A model generated the notes under the pieces. The model did not search any database and was not told the origin of the DNA. It saw only the letters and a program-made list of their open reading frames with translations. Below, in pieces: positions 10,542-20,861 of a stretch of 64,000 nucleotides of DNA (its first letter is position 1; each line of letters starts with the position of its first letter). The stretch comes from an uncultured Verrucomicrobiae bacterium (lineage in GTDB: Bacteria; Verrucomicrobiota; Verrucomicrobiia; Limisphaerales; Palsa-1400): contig OY969763.1 in NCBI GenBank assembly GCA_963702845.1, positions 2,720,001 through 2,784,000 of the forward strand, given 5' to 3'. Both the position numbers and the translations under genes were made by a program.

Positions 10542-10748
10542 CTAGACTGATTTAGGACCTTTTAGCAACGCGACAACTCCGATGACGCATGCGGCCACGC
10601 CACCGATGAGAAACCAGACGGTCTCATTCGTTGGACGGCCATTAAAGAACCGCGAAACATCTGAGTTGAACGAATCGGAAGCATTGATGCCAAAGACGAT
10701 CAGCATAATTCCAATTGCCAGAAGCACGATGCCGATTGTTTTGTTCAT
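10542..10748 (-). CDS. DUF3185 family small membrane protein
   Basis: GINASDSFNSDVSRFFNGRPTNETVWFLIGG, GGAGG RBS. Confidence 0.85.
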   Translation of the reverse strand: MNKTIGIVLLAIGIMLIVFGINASDSFNSDVSRFFNGRPTNETVWFLIGGVAACVIGVVALLKGPKSV

Positions 10749-11033
10749 TCAAGCCTCCTTTCTTCTGCTCTAATATATCACGGTCACAGGCCTCCGCTTG
10801 CCACCGCTACCATCAAGAATTCATCAGGGGTAAGCTCAATTGTCGACAATGCATTCCCGCTGTCCGCGTCATTCGAAGATTTGGCCGCAACAGAGCCGCG
10901 CGCGTGAGCAAGCGGTTTACCACTTTGGCGCCGTCGGATCAACCCGCTTGCGCACACGCGCGGCTCGGTTAACCATCGCACCTCATCTCGACCTACGCTT
11001 GAATTCCAGTCATTCCTTGGCCATGGTTACCCA

Positions 11034-12608
11034 ATGGATGCCTTGGAACAATTGGACGAGCTTCTAACATGCCGGCTCGACTTGCGTCGTAAATCGGTCG
11101 AACCCTGCACGATTGTCATCTTCGGCGCGAGTGGCGACCTGACCGCGCGCAAGCTCATCCCAGCGCTCTACCACCTCTTCTGCCATAAACAGCTTCCCAC
11201 TCCCTTTCGCATCATTGGCTTCGCGCGCCGACCTAAACCCGACGACGACTGGCGCAACGAACTCGCCGGTGATTTGGCAAAATTCTCGCGCAACAAAGAT
11301 CTGGACTGCTCGAAATGGGCTGACTTCGCCAAGAACGTTTTCTATTGCCAGGGAGAATTTGGCGACGCGAGCGCTTTTGAAAACCTTAAGAAACAACTCG
11401 CCTCGGCAGACAACGAAGCTCTGCAAAAAAATCTCATTTTCTACCTGGCGACCGCTCCTGCCGAATTCGCCGGCATCGTCGAACATTTGCACAGCAGTGG
11501 CCTCTTGCAGAAGGACCAGGAACACGCGAAAAACTGGCAACGCATCGTTGTCGAAAAACCCTTCGGCCACGATCTCGCATCGGCCAAACAACTGAACAGC
11601 GAGCTAACGCGCTACGCGCATGAAAAACAGATTTACCGCATCGACCACTATCTCGGCAAAGAAACCGTCCAGAACATTTTGATGTTCCGGTTTTCGAATT
11701 CCATTTTCGAACCGCTGTGGGGCCGGCAGTCGGTTGATCAGGTGCAGATTACCGTCAGCGAAGATTTAGGCGTTGGTGCCCGCGGCGGCTATTACGACGA
11801 GGCCGGCGCATTGCGCGACATGGTGCAGAATCACCTGCTCCAGGTCCTCGCGCTCGTAACCATGGAGCCCCCAGTCAGTCTTGAAGCCGAAGCGATCCGC
11901 GACGAAAAAGTCAAACTTCTCAAATCGATTCGTCTGGTCGATTCAAGCCAGGTCCCCTTTTCCGCCGTGCGCGGGCAATACACTGCCGGCCAAATCAACG
12001 GCCAACAAGTCCCCGGCTATCGACAGGAACCGAAGGTGAAACCGGATTCCAACACCGAAACGTTTGTCGCGTTGCGCGTCCTGATCGATAACTGGCGTTG
12101 GTCCGGCGTTCCCTTTTATCTCCGCACTGGCAAACATCTGCCGATGAGCGCCAGCGAAGTGCGCGTGCAATTTCGCCCGACGCCGCACGTCCTGTTCGCT
12201 GCACAATGTGGACCGCTTCTGGATGCGAACGCCATCACGCTGCGCCTGCAACCGAACGAAGGAATTTTCCTGCGCTTCAACGGCAAGGTCCCCGGCACCA
12301 GCATGGAGATTCGGCCAGTGCGAATGCACTTCGATTACAACGCCGCATTTGGCGCCTACACACCGGAAGCTTATGAACGCCTCTTGCTTGAAGCGATCTC
12401 CGGCGATTCCACCTTGTTCATTCGACGCGACGAAGTTGAAACCGCCTGGAGCATCGTCGACCCGATTCGCGAAGCGTGGGCCGGCAAACCGTTGACCGAC
12501 GAGGAATTTTATCCCGCTGGGACCTGGGGTCCGGCTGCGGCCGACGAGCTGCTCGCCAAGCGCGCCCACAAATGGCGCCCGCCGCATCCCATCGGCAAAC
12601 CGGAATAG
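11034..12608 (+). CDS. zwf: Glucose-6-phosphate 1-dehydrogenase
   Basis: IFGASGDLTARKL, RIDHYLGKETVQN, DMVQNH, PFYLRTGK. Confidence 0.97.
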   Translation: MDALEQLDELLTCRLDLRRKSVEPCTIVIFGASGDLTARKLIPALYHLFCHKQLPTPFRIIGFARRPKPDDDWRNELAGDLAKFSRNKDLDCSKWADFAKNVFYCQGEFGDASAFENLKKQLASADNEALQKNLIFYLATAPAEFAGIVEHLHSSGLLQKDQEHAKNWQRIVVEKPFGHDLASAKQLNSELTRYAHEKQIYRIDHYLGKETVQNILMFRFSNSIFEPLWGRQSVDQVQITVSEDLGVGARGGYYDEAGALRDMVQNHLLQVLALVTMEPPVSLEAEAIRDEKVKLLKSIRLVDSSQVPFSAVRGQYTAGQINGQQVPGYRQEPKVKPDSNTETFVALRVLIDNWRWSGVPFYLRTGKHLPMSASEVRVQFRPTPHVLFAAQCGPLLDANAITLRLQPNEGIFLRFNGKVPGTSMEIRPVRMHFDYNAAFGAYTPEAYERLLLEAISGDSTLFIRRDEVETAWSIVDPIREAWAGKPLTDEEFYPAGTWGPAAADELLAKRAHKWRPPHPIGKPE

Positions 12609-12630
12609 CCGCCGGGAATTCGGAGAAGTT

Positions 12631-13344
12631 TTGAAAACACGCACCACGAAAATTTACGCCACCGACGCCGAAGTCGCCAACGCTGCGGCTTCGGAATGGG
12701 TCAACCTTCTGCTCGCAAACAAATCAATGACGGTCGCGCTATCGGGTGGCCGTATCGCAAAAACATTTTACGAACGCGTCGTCGCGCAAACGAAATTCCG
12801 GGAAGTCGAATTTGCCAATGTCGATTTCTTTTGGGCCGACGAACGTTGCGTCGCTCCAACCGATCCTGAAAGCAACTTCTACCTCGCCAACGAACATTTA
12901 TTGCAGCCGTTGAAAATCGGGCAACAAAAAGTCCACCGATTAAAAGGCGAGCTCGACCAGATCGTTGCCGTCAACCAGGCAAACGACGAAGTCTCGCGAA
13001 TCGCGGCCGTGAACACCAATGGAATGCCAGTGCTCGACCTTGTCATTCTCGGCATGGGCGAAGACGGTCACGTCGCATCCCTTTTTCCGGACACGCCGGA
13101 CTCAATCACCAGCACGACCGCTGCTTACCTGCACGTTAATAATTCGCCCAAACCGCCACCCAATCGTCTCAGCCTCAGCTACGCTGCCATCGCCGCGGCA
13201 AAACGCGTTTGGGTCCTGGCATCCGGAGCTGGCAAAAAACAGGCGCTGCAAGAATCCGTCTCCCCCTCGGGCACGACGCCCCTCGCGCGCGTATTAAAAT
13301 CCAGCCCCGCCGCCCAAATCTTCACCGACATCAACCTCGCGTAA
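12631..13344 (+). CDS. pgl: 6-phosphogluconolactonase
   Basis: ALSGG, FWADERCV, LGMGEDGHVASLFP, SPKPPPNR. Follows zwf. Confidence 0.93.
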   Translation: MKTRTTKIYATDAEVANAAASEWVNLLLANKSMTVALSGGRIAKTFYERVVAQTKFREVEFANVDFFWADERCVAPTDPESNFYLANEHLLQPLKIGQQKVHRLKGELDQIVAVNQANDEVSRIAAVNTNGMPVLDLVILGMGEDGHVASLFPDTPDSITSTTAAYLHVNNSPKPPPNRLSLSYAAIAAAKRVWVLASGAGKKQALQESVSPSGTTPLARVLKSSPAAQIFTDINLA

Positions 13345-13491
13345 CCGTTGTTTTTTCCGGAGTGCGGACGATTGCCACGATTCCGCAGCAACGTTAACAG
13401 CTAAAAGCCATTCGACCTATCCATAGAGGTCGCCCCCCGCTTCGTCTTAGCTTGAACAGCCCCAACTCGGCCTTATATGTTGGGCGCACCA

Positions 13492-14277
13492 ATGAAAGTT
13501 GTGATTCTATGCGGCGGCAAAGGTACCCGCCTGCGCGAGGAAACCGAATATCGCCCCAAACCCATGGTGCCAATCGGCAACCGGCCAATCCTCTGGCACA
13601 TCATGAAAATTTACGCGAGTCACGGCTTTAAAGATTTCGTCCTGTGCCTCGGCTACAAAGGCGAAGTCATCAAAGATTTCTTCCGCAACTATCTTTGGAT
13701 GACGAGTGATGTGACGATGAAGCTGGGCCGTCGCGCCGATGCAAAGTTTCACACGCACCACGATGAAGAGGATTGGACTGTGACTCTCGCCGACACTGGC
13801 GAAGAAACGATGACGGCGGGCCGCATTCACAAAATCCGCCAATACCTCGGTGATGACAAAGAATTCTGCCTCACCTACGGCGACGGCGTCGGCAATGTAG
13901 ATATCGCGAAGTCCATCGAATTCCACCGCAAACACGGCAAGACACTGACGGTAACAGCCGTCCACCCTCCCGGTCGCTTCGGCGAGATGGGCGTGAACGC
14001 CTCAGGCCAGGTCGACCAGTTCAACGAAAAGCCACAGGTCACCGAAGGCCGCATCAACGGCGGTTTCTTCGTCGCCAATACCGAGATCTTCAACTACCTC
14101 CAAAACAGTGAAAATGTAATGTTCGAACAGCAGCCGATTCGCCAACTCACGAGCAAGGGCCAAGTCATGGCCTTCAACCACGACGGCTTCTGGCAACCGA
14201 TGGACACCTTCTCCGAATACAATTTGCTCAACAAACTCTGGGCGGACGGCAAGGCGCCGTGGAAGAATTGGAAGTAG
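13492..14277 (+). CDS. rfbF: Glucose-1-phosphate cytidylyltransferase
   Basis: ILCGGKGTRLREETEYRPKPMV, LTYGDG, FWQPMDT, APWK. Confidence 0.92.
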   Translation: MKVVILCGGKGTRLREETEYRPKPMVPIGNRPILWHIMKIYASHGFKDFVLCLGYKGEVIKDFFRNYLWMTSDVTMKLGRRADAKFHTHHDEEDWTVTLADTGEETMTAGRIHKIRQYLGDDKEFCLTYGDGVGNVDIAKSIEFHRKHGKTLTVTAVHPPGRFGEMGVNASGQVDQFNEKPQVTEGRINGGFFVANTEIFNYLQNSENVMFEQQPIRQLTSKGQVMAFNHDGFWQPMDTFSEYNLLNKLWADGKAPWKNWK

Positions 14278-14336
14278 CCCGTCAAAACGTGAAGGCGAAC
14301 ACACGCATTTCTTCCACCGCGTAGCGGTTCTTGAAG

Positions 14337-14400
14337 GTAGCCGTGGGATTCATCCCACGGACAGCGACGGATGAACGCTGAATTCGTCGCGTAGCGACGA
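14337..14400 (+). repeat. REP/MITE-like double hairpin
   Basis: GTAG-CCGTGGGA-ttca-TCCCACGG, then TCGTCGC-gta-GCGACGA. Confidence 0.6.
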
Positions 14401-14511
14401 TTGAACCGGCGTATATCGTGGCCGATATGTCTGCGACATCGGATTCCATTCACCGAACCCGCAACTTGCTTCTCGACACATATTCACCGCATACTCCTCA
14501 CTCCAAATTTG

Positions 14512-15555
14512 ATGAAAATCCTAATCACAGGCAACATGGGCTACATCGGCCCGAACGTCGTCGCTCACTTCCGCAAATCCCATCCTGATGCGACGTTGAT
14601 CGGATACGACAGCGCCTTCTTCGCCGACGCACTCACCACTCCCCTGCGCTTTCCCGAAAGCCAAATCGACCAACAATATTTCGGCGACGTCCGCAACCTC
14701 CCTGCCGAGATTCTCAAGGGCGTCGACGCCGTAATCCATCTCGCCGCCATTTCAAACGACCCGATGGGCAAGGCCTATGAAGACGTCACGATGCAGGTCA
14801 ACCACGAGGCCAGCGTCGCCATAGCGAAGAAAGCCAAGCAAGCCGGCGCAAAGGCATTTGTGTTTGCGTCGAGTTGCAGTGTGTACGGTTTCGCCGACGA
14901 TCGCGCGCGCATCGAATCATCCGAGCTGAATCCCCTCACCGCCTACGCCCGCTCGAAAGTTGCCACCGAAAAAGATTTGCAGCCCCTGGCCGACAATGAT
15001 TTCGTCGTCTCCTGCCTGCGCTTTTCAACCGCCTGCGGCATGAGCCCGCGGTTGCGCTTGGACCTTGTACTGAACGATTTCGTTGCCAGCGCGATTGCCG
15101 CAAAAAAGATCACGATCCTCAGCGACGGCACCCCCTGGCGTCCGCTCATCAACACCAAAGATATGGCCCGCTCCATGGAATGGGCCGCGACCCGCCCCGC
15201 CGACAACGGTGGAGCGTATTTAGTCGTCAACGTCGGCAGCGACGAGTGGAATTACCAGGTCAAGGAACTCGCGATTGCTGTCCAAAAGCAAATGCCCGGC
15301 GTGGACGTCTCAATCAACAAAGACGCCGCCCCCGACAAGCGCTCGTATCGCGTCGACTTCGCGCTTTATCGCAAACTCGCCCCGAAGCATCAACCGGCTT
15401 ACGACTTAAACGCGACCGTCCGCGAACTGAAGGAAGGCCTTGAAGCCATCGCATTTCAAGATGCGAACTTCCGCGAATCACGCCTGATCCGCCTGCGCAT
15501 GCTAAACAACCTCAAGCAAGCCGGCTACCTGAACGAGCAGCTATTCTGGAAATAG
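14512..15555 (+). CDS. NAD-dependent nucleotide-sugar epimerase/dehydratase (extended SDR)
   Basis: ITGNMGYIG, SSCSVYG, YARSK, SDGTPWRP. Confidence 0.88.
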   Translation: MKILITGNMGYIGPNVVAHFRKSHPDATLIGYDSAFFADALTTPLRFPESQIDQQYFGDVRNLPAEILKGVDAVIHLAAISNDPMGKAYEDVTMQVNHEASVAIAKKAKQAGAKAFVFASSCSVYGFADDRARIESSELNPLTAYARSKVATEKDLQPLADNDFVVSCLRFSTACGMSPRLRLDLVLNDFVASAIAAKKITILSDGTPWRPLINTKDMARSMEWAATRPADNGGAYLVVNVGSDEWNYQVKELAIAVQKQMPGVDVSINKDAAPDKRSYRVDFALYRKLAPKHQPAYDLNATVRELKEGLEAIAFQDANFRESRLIRLRMLNNLKQAGYLNEQLFWK

Positions 15556-15605
15556 CCCCGTAGCGCCACGTGGGGGGGGGCGGACACACCGCCACGCTTT
15601 ATGAT

Positions 15606-15635
15606 TTGACACGTAGCAACTTCACGACGTAGCAT
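15606..15635 (+). promoter_or_regulatory. Candidate sigma70 promoter
   Basis: TTGACA-18 nt-TAGCAT. Confidence 0.45.
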
Positions 15636-15966
15636 CCTACCCCTGTGGAGCGCCGGATTCCATCCGGCCCTCCTTGTTCTTTGAAAACCTGCACCAATGC
15701 CCGTTCAGCACGCGAGCAATGAAACCACAAGGTTGCAAACCAACAACTTACAAAAGTTACTACTCGTTGCCAGTTGGTAGCTAAATCGACTACCGAATGT
15801 TACTACGAGTTGTAACAAGTAGCTGTTAGTAGCAACTAGTAGCAACATTCCGCGAAGTTTTTGAAAGGCAAAACCGCCTTCCAAATCTGTGTTTATCCGT
15901 GTCCATCCGTGGTTAACCCCAAAGATTGCCTTTGAACTTCAAGGCTTTGCCTGTTAATTGAGGCGT

Positions 15967-16656
15967 ATGAAACATGCAGGCAAAGCGCGGCGTGCCGCGT
16001 TTAAGCTGATTTTATTGGCCCTGGTTATACCGTTGGTCATCGGCATTTTGTGGATGATGGCGGTCATCTCGGCCGTCGTCCTTCCGGTGGTATTTACAAT
16101 TGCCATCGTCGTATGGGTGGCCTTTACGATTTTCACCCTCTACTTTTTTCGCGACCCACAAGCACGCACACCAACCACCGTCGGCTGCGTGGTTTCACCC
16201 GGTCACGGCAAGGTCGATGTCATCGACGAAATGGATGAACCGGTCTTCATGAAAGGCCGTTGCCACCGCATTTCCATTTTTCTCTCCGTCATCAATATTC
16301 ACGTTCAGAACGCGCCCATCAGCGGCAAGGTCGCTTTTGTGAAAGAGACTGAAGGCCAGTTTCTCAGCGCTCTCAAAGCAGCCGAGTGCTGTCAGCACAA
16401 CGAAAATGTCTACATCGGTTTCGATTCCACCGAGAACGCGGGCGAGAAATTGGGGCTTAAACTAATGGCAGGGTTAATCGCACGGCGTATTGTTCCCTTT
16501 GTTGAAGTAGGCGACGAAGTTGCCCGGGGCGACCGCATCAGCTTGATTCAATTTGGCTCGCGCTGTGATGTTTACATCCCGCTGCGTTTCGACATTAAGG
16601 TGAAACTCGGAGACAAAGTAGTCGGTGGTGAGACGGTCCTTGCGTCAAAATCCTGA
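15967..16656 (+). CDS. psd: Phosphatidylserine decarboxylase proenzyme
   Basis: YFFRDP, SPGHGKV, ISIFLS...HVQNAP, IQFGSRCD cleavage motif. Confidence 0.92.
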   Translation: MKHAGKARRAAFKLILLALVIPLVIGILWMMAVISAVVLPVVFTIAIVVWVAFTIFTLYFFRDPQARTPTTVGCVVSPGHGKVDVIDEMDEPVFMKGRCHRISIFLSVINIHVQNAPISGKVAFVKETEGQFLSALKAAECCQHNENVYIGFDSTENAGEKLGLKLMAGLIARRIVPFVEVGDEVARGDRISLIQFGSRCDVYIPLRFDIKVKLGDKVVGGETVLASKS

Positions 16657-16660
16657 AAAC

Positions 16661-17527
16661 ATGGAAACCCCAACAAAACTTGAGGCCGAACCCGCACCAG
16701 CTCCACGGCTGAAGATTTATTTCCTGCCGAACCTGATGACGGCGGGCAATCTATTCTGCGGTTTCGTCGCACTGACGAAAATCGTTGAAGCAGAGCCTGG
16801 TGATTATGGTCCGATCAAGTTGGCCCTGTTGTTCATTTTTCTGGCGATGGTTTTTGATATGCTGGATGGGCGACTTGCGCGAATGGGCGGTGTAGAGAGC
16901 CCATTTGGACGCGAATTCGATTCACTGGCCGATTTGATTTCTTTTGGTGCCGCGCCGGCGTTTTTGGTCCATCGCATCGTCTTGCATCCTATTTTTAGCG
17001 ACCCCCATATCCATCAACCCGAAATCGGTTGGTTCATTGCCTCTGTTTATCTGATCTGCGGAGCGCTTCGACTGGCGCGATTCAACTGCCTTGCAACGAT
17101 GCCCGGCGCAAGCGGTGGCAAGGAGTTCATGGGATTTCCAATCCCGGCCGCGGCAGGAATGGTATCATCGGTAACATTATTTCTCATTTGGAACCAGCAA
17201 CGCGAAACCGATTTCCTGACCAGTTGGGGAAGATTCGTGCTCCCGGTACTGATGCTGTTTTTATCGATCATGATGGTGAGCGAGGTGAAGTATCCCTCAT
17301 TCAAGAAGCTCGACCTCAAAGCACGCCGTCCGTTTTCAAGAATGGTGATCGCTATTCTGTTCATCGGTTGCCTGGTGATTTTACGTCAGTACATTTTGCC
17401 AGTCATCCTGCCCATCATTTTCACCGCTTATCTCCTCTACGGTTTTATTCGTCCGCGCATTTCGCGCAAGGTGCGCGAAGAGATCGAAGACGAAACCGAA
17501 GACGACGAACCGTCGTACACGGCGTAA
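16661..17527 (+). CDS. pssA: CDP-diacylglycerol--serine O-phosphatidyltransferase
   Basis: LPNLMTAGNLFCG, DMLDGRLAR...FGREFDSLADLISFG, LRLARFN. Confidence 0.92.
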   Translation: METPTKLEAEPAPAPRLKIYFLPNLMTAGNLFCGFVALTKIVEAEPGDYGPIKLALLFIFLAMVFDMLDGRLARMGGVESPFGREFDSLADLISFGAAPAFLVHRIVLHPIFSDPHIHQPEIGWFIASVYLICGALRLARFNCLATMPGASGGKEFMGFPIPAAAGMVSSVTLFLIWNQQRETDFLTSWGRFVLPVLMLFLSIMMVSEVKYPSFKKLDLKARRPFSRMVIAILFIGCLVILRQYILPVILPIIFTAYLLYGFIRPRISRKVREEIEDETEDDEPSYTA

Positions 17528-17528
17528 C

Positions 17529-18197
17529 ATGGACGCACTTCAATCTGATTTAGGCGCGGCATTGACCGGCTTGATCTCGGGAATCCTGCTTTCCGTTCCG
17601 GTTGGTCCCGTCAATCTCACAATATTGAACGAAGGCGCACGCCGCGGCCTCGTCATCGCCTTGCTGATCAGCGCCGGGGCAGTGCTGATGGAAATGATTT
17701 ATTGCGCGATTGCCTTTACCGGCTTTGCGGCGCTGTTCACCGGACGGGTAATGAAAGCTTCCATGGAACTGGCGAGCTTCGTTTTCATGCTCTATCTCGG
17801 CTTACGATTCCTGACCGCTCGGACGGTCCAGAGCGTCAGCAAAGTAGAAGAACGCATCGAACGAAAGCTCCATCCCCATTCAGCGTTCATGATTGGCTTC
17901 GTGCGCACGATGGGAAATCCCGGCGTGCTCCTGTTCTGGATCGTGCTGGCGGCGCATTTCCTTTCGCGCGATTGGGTTCAACCGACCTGGTCATCGAAAT
18001 TGTCCTGTGTCGCAGGTGTCGGCATGGGCACGAGCGCGTGGTTTTTGGTCCTTTGTTGGGCAATTTCCCTCGGGCACGGAAAGTTCAGTGACAAAACGCT
18101 GCTGCGCATGGAGCATTTTTCAGGCATCGGTTTACTCCTGCTCGCAGGTGGCCAAGGCGTCCACATTGTGTTCCAGCTCGTGCACCACACGCTCTAA
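17529..18197 (+). CDS. LysE family transporter
   Basis: [18 protein letters not shown], multiple TM helices. Confidence 0.85.
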   Translation: MDALQSDLGAALTGLISGILLSVPVGPVNLTILNEGARRGLVIALLISAGAVLMEMIYCAIAFTGFAALFTGRVMKASMELASFVFMLYLGLRFLTARTVQSVSKVEERIERKLHPHSAFMIGFVRTMGNPGVLLFWIVLAAHFLSRDWVQPTWSSKLSCVAGVGMGTSAWFLVLCWAISLGHGKFSDKTLLRMEHFSGIGLLLLAGGQGVHIVFQLVHHTL

Positions 18198-19384
18198 AAC
18201 TTCAGATAAATGCACTTGAGGTAATCGCCTTCTGGAAACGTCACCGGGTGATCTGCCGCATGGAGAGTCGTCCTCAGCTCCTGAAACTTTCGTGCTGAAC
18301 TTCGTGCTGCAATCCGTGCGATTTCGAAAAAGTCATCAGCGCGAACGTGTGCGGAACATGAGGCGGCAACGAGAACTCCATTCTTGTTAACGCGATCAAT
18401 AGCACTACCGATGAGTTTGCTGTAAGCGCGCATCGCTTCAGCGCGTTCTGCTTCACGCTTCGCCAGTGATGGCGGGTCGAGAACGATCAAATCGAAGTTG
18501 CGAGTCGATTGCTTTATCCAATCGAATGCGTCCGCTCGAATCGATTCACGTGGGCAGTTGAGCGAAGGATTAAGAGCGAAGTTTCGTTCAGCGCTGTCGA
18601 GCGCGTGCTGGCTGATGTCGAGACTCGCGACTGACTTCGCACCGCCGCGAGCGGCATAGACCGAAAAGCCACCGGAAAAACTGAATGCGTTCAGCACCGT
18701 TTTCGCGCGCGCAAGCGATTCAACTTCCTTGCGGTTTTCACGTTGATCCAAAAAGAAACCCGTCTTTTGTCCCCGCACGATATCAGCCTCAAAACGAATC
18801 CCGTTCTCTAGAAACACAATTGGCTTATTGTCCGATTCGCCTCGCATGATTTGACCGTCGGTTATGTCGAATTTGTCTTTGGCGATGTGCTGAATGTTTC
18901 TGCTGAGGCGAAGAACTAAACGCGGGGCGAACTGAAGAAACCCGATTACCTCTTGTAGGCGGGGCAACCAGGCTGCCGTGTAAATTTTCAAAACATACGT
19001 GTCGGCATAACGATCCAAAACCAAACCCGGCCAACCATCGCTTTCGCCATTGATACAGCGAAAGCCGTTGGTGCTTTCGTCGAACAACCCTGTGCGTTTG
19101 GCCAATGTCTCGTCGAGTTTCAGCTTGAACCAATTCGCATCAATCCTGGTTGGTTTGCCCACATGCAGGACGCGAACGCGAATCGGAGAAAGTGGATCGT
19201 ATAAACCCACTGCCAAAAACTTGTCGTTCCGATCAAAGATCGCGGCTAACTCCCCTGCTTCGCCTTCGCGATTTTGTTCGCGGACGCTGTCAGCGAACAG
19301 CCAAGGATGACCGCCGCGTACAAATGTCTCCGCAGCGGCGGTGATTCGTAAACGTAGATTTGGTTTGGCGGCGGTCGCGATCAC
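18194..19384 (-). CDS. rlmI: RlmI-like SAM-dependent 23S rRNA methyltransferase
   Basis: GHPWLF PUA domain, [29 protein letters not shown]. Confidence 0.82.
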   Translation of the reverse strand: MIATAAKPNLRLRITAAAETFVRGGHPWLFADSVREQNREGEAGELAAIFDRNDKFLAVGLYDPLSPIRVRVLHVGKPTRIDANWFKLKLDETLAKRTGLFDESTNGFRCINGESDGWPGLVLDRYADTYVLKIYTAAWLPRLQEVIGFLQFAPRLVLRLSRNIQHIAKDKFDITDGQIMRGESDNKPIVFLENGIRFEADIVRGQKTGFFLDQRENRKEVESLARAKTVLNAFSFSGGFSVYAARGGAKSVASLDISQHALDSAERNFALNPSLNCPRESIRADAFDWIKQSTRNFDLIVLDPPSLAKREAERAEAMRAYSKLIGSAIDRVNKNGVLVAASCSAHVRADDFFEIARIAARSSARKFQELRTTLHAADHPVTFPEGDYLKCIYLKF

Positions 19385-19424
19385 TAAGATTGTTTAGCAC
19401 CGCGACAGACTTTAGCAATGAAGA

Positions 19425-19700
19425 CTAACGCGCTTCTTCAAATTCACGTTTATCTTTCATCGGTTGGCCGACCGACGCCCCGGCGCGGGTCAGCTCATCA
19501 ACGTTGTCCTGGGTTAGTCCCGGAACCTTCTCGAGCATTTCTTCAATTGTTCGATAGGGACGATTTTGGATGATAGTGCGAGCGAATTGATTGCCGATAC
19601 CTGGAATCTGCGCAATATCCTGTTCGGCTGCATAGTTTAGATCGAAAAAACCAAGATCAATGTCGGCTGAGCGAATGTTGGTGTCTTTCTTCTCTTTCAT
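19425..19700 (-). CDS. Helix-hairpin-helix (ComEA-like) protein
   Basis: DLNYA...IPGIG...IIQNRPY...KVPGL. Confidence 0.75.
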   Translation of the reverse strand: MKEKKDTNIRSADIDLGFFDLNYAAEQDIAQIPGIGNQFARTIIQNRPYRTIEEMLEKVPGLTQDNVDELTRAGASVGQPMKDKREFEEAR

Positions 19701-19790
19701 AATCCCTCCTTAACGCAATCTATTCGCCCTGTGTGAAAAACGCCAATTGTTGGATTGCCGTCGCGGCGTGGTTTTTGACATAGTGCAATC

Positions 19791-20858
19791 ATGCACCTGT
19801 CCCGCAACTTCGTCGCACCTTTGTGTTTGCTCGCGTGCGTTTTCCAGCTTCACGCAGGCGAAGACGTCCGCACCTATGAAAACACCCTCACGCGGATCAA
19901 GCATCCCAAGCCCTTGCTTAATGATCATCCCGATTGGGTCGAGCCGATTCGCGAAACCAACCGGTTCGAAGCGCCAGTGTTGGTGAACGACAAAGACGCG
20001 GACCTGCACGTTCGCGCATGGCGTTTCTCCTATAACGCGCGCGGCATCATCGAAATGCCCAACAACCTTCGCGCGCAGGATACCGCAGTCGTGATGGTAC
20101 ATCCGTGGGGCATCGACGATGGCCAGGGCTGGTCCACTCCGGAACCCGCGGGGGTCTGCGATTTCTGCACGCCACAAAAAAACCACCTTGCCGCAAAACA
20201 CACCCACAACGTTATCAATCCATTCCTGAAGTCGTTGCGCGGCAAAGTCGGTTTGGTCCTCTACAGCTTGCCGGGCGATGAAGATCCAATCCGAAAAAAA
20301 CTGTATCGATCCTTCACCGCGAAACCGACCGACGCCGATCGCGAACAAGGCGCAAAAGAACTCACGGCAAAATTGAAGAACTTTTCCTACACCGGCCAGC
20401 CAATCCCGTCGACCTTTTCAGTTTCACAAAGCACACCGGTGCTGGATTACTTTAAAGCGCTCCCGGGTTTGGATGCGGGAGCGAAATACAATCATGACGG
20501 ATTTTGGTCCTTGCCGATTCCGGTAACGACAGACATCGACGTCTATCCTGATGACGTCGTCATCTATGATGGCAAAGGTTACGGACCGCTGAAGGAGTTC
20601 CTCAAAGTGAACCACATTCGACACGTGCTGCTGACGGGCTATGCGACCGACATGTGCTATTGCCGCACGACCGCCGGTTACGACAACCTCTCGCGCGACT
20701 TTGATGTTTTCCTCGTGGGCGACGCCTCACTGGCGACATTCCCGGCAGCGGCAACACCGAAGTTTACCACGAGCGCGCATCTCTCCCTCGCATCTCTCGA
20801 TCATCTCGTGACACAGATTTCGTGGGTTCATTACGACTCCAAACGCGCTTCGAAGTAA
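19791..20858 (+). CDS. Secreted isochorismatase-like cysteine hydrolase
   Basis: Signal peptide, VLLTGYATDMCY, FLVGDASLA. Confidence 0.65.
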   Translation: MHLSRNFVAPLCLLACVFQLHAGEDVRTYENTLTRIKHPKPLLNDHPDWVEPIRETNRFEAPVLVNDKDADLHVRAWRFSYNARGIIEMPNNLRAQDTAVVMVHPWGIDDGQGWSTPEPAGVCDFCTPQKNHLAAKHTHNVINPFLKSLRGKVGLVLYSLPGDEDPIRKKLYRSFTAKPTDADREQGAKELTAKLKNFSYTGQPIPSTFSVSQSTPVLDYFKALPGLDAGAKYNHDGFWSLPIPVTTDIDVYPDDVVIYDGKGYGPLKEFLKVNHIRHVLLTGYATDMCYCRTTAGYDNLSRDFDVFLVGDASLATFPAAATPKFTTSAHLSLASLDHLVTQISWVHYDSKRASK

Positions 20859-20861
20859 CTC

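Noticed and set aside
10784..10981. 65-aa minus-strand ORF upstream of DUF3185
   Set aside because: No motif or clear RBS, so it is unsupported.
15572..15580. G9 run as a phase-variation tract
   Set aside because: Intergenic, outside the promoter spacer, and the homopolymer length is unreliable here.
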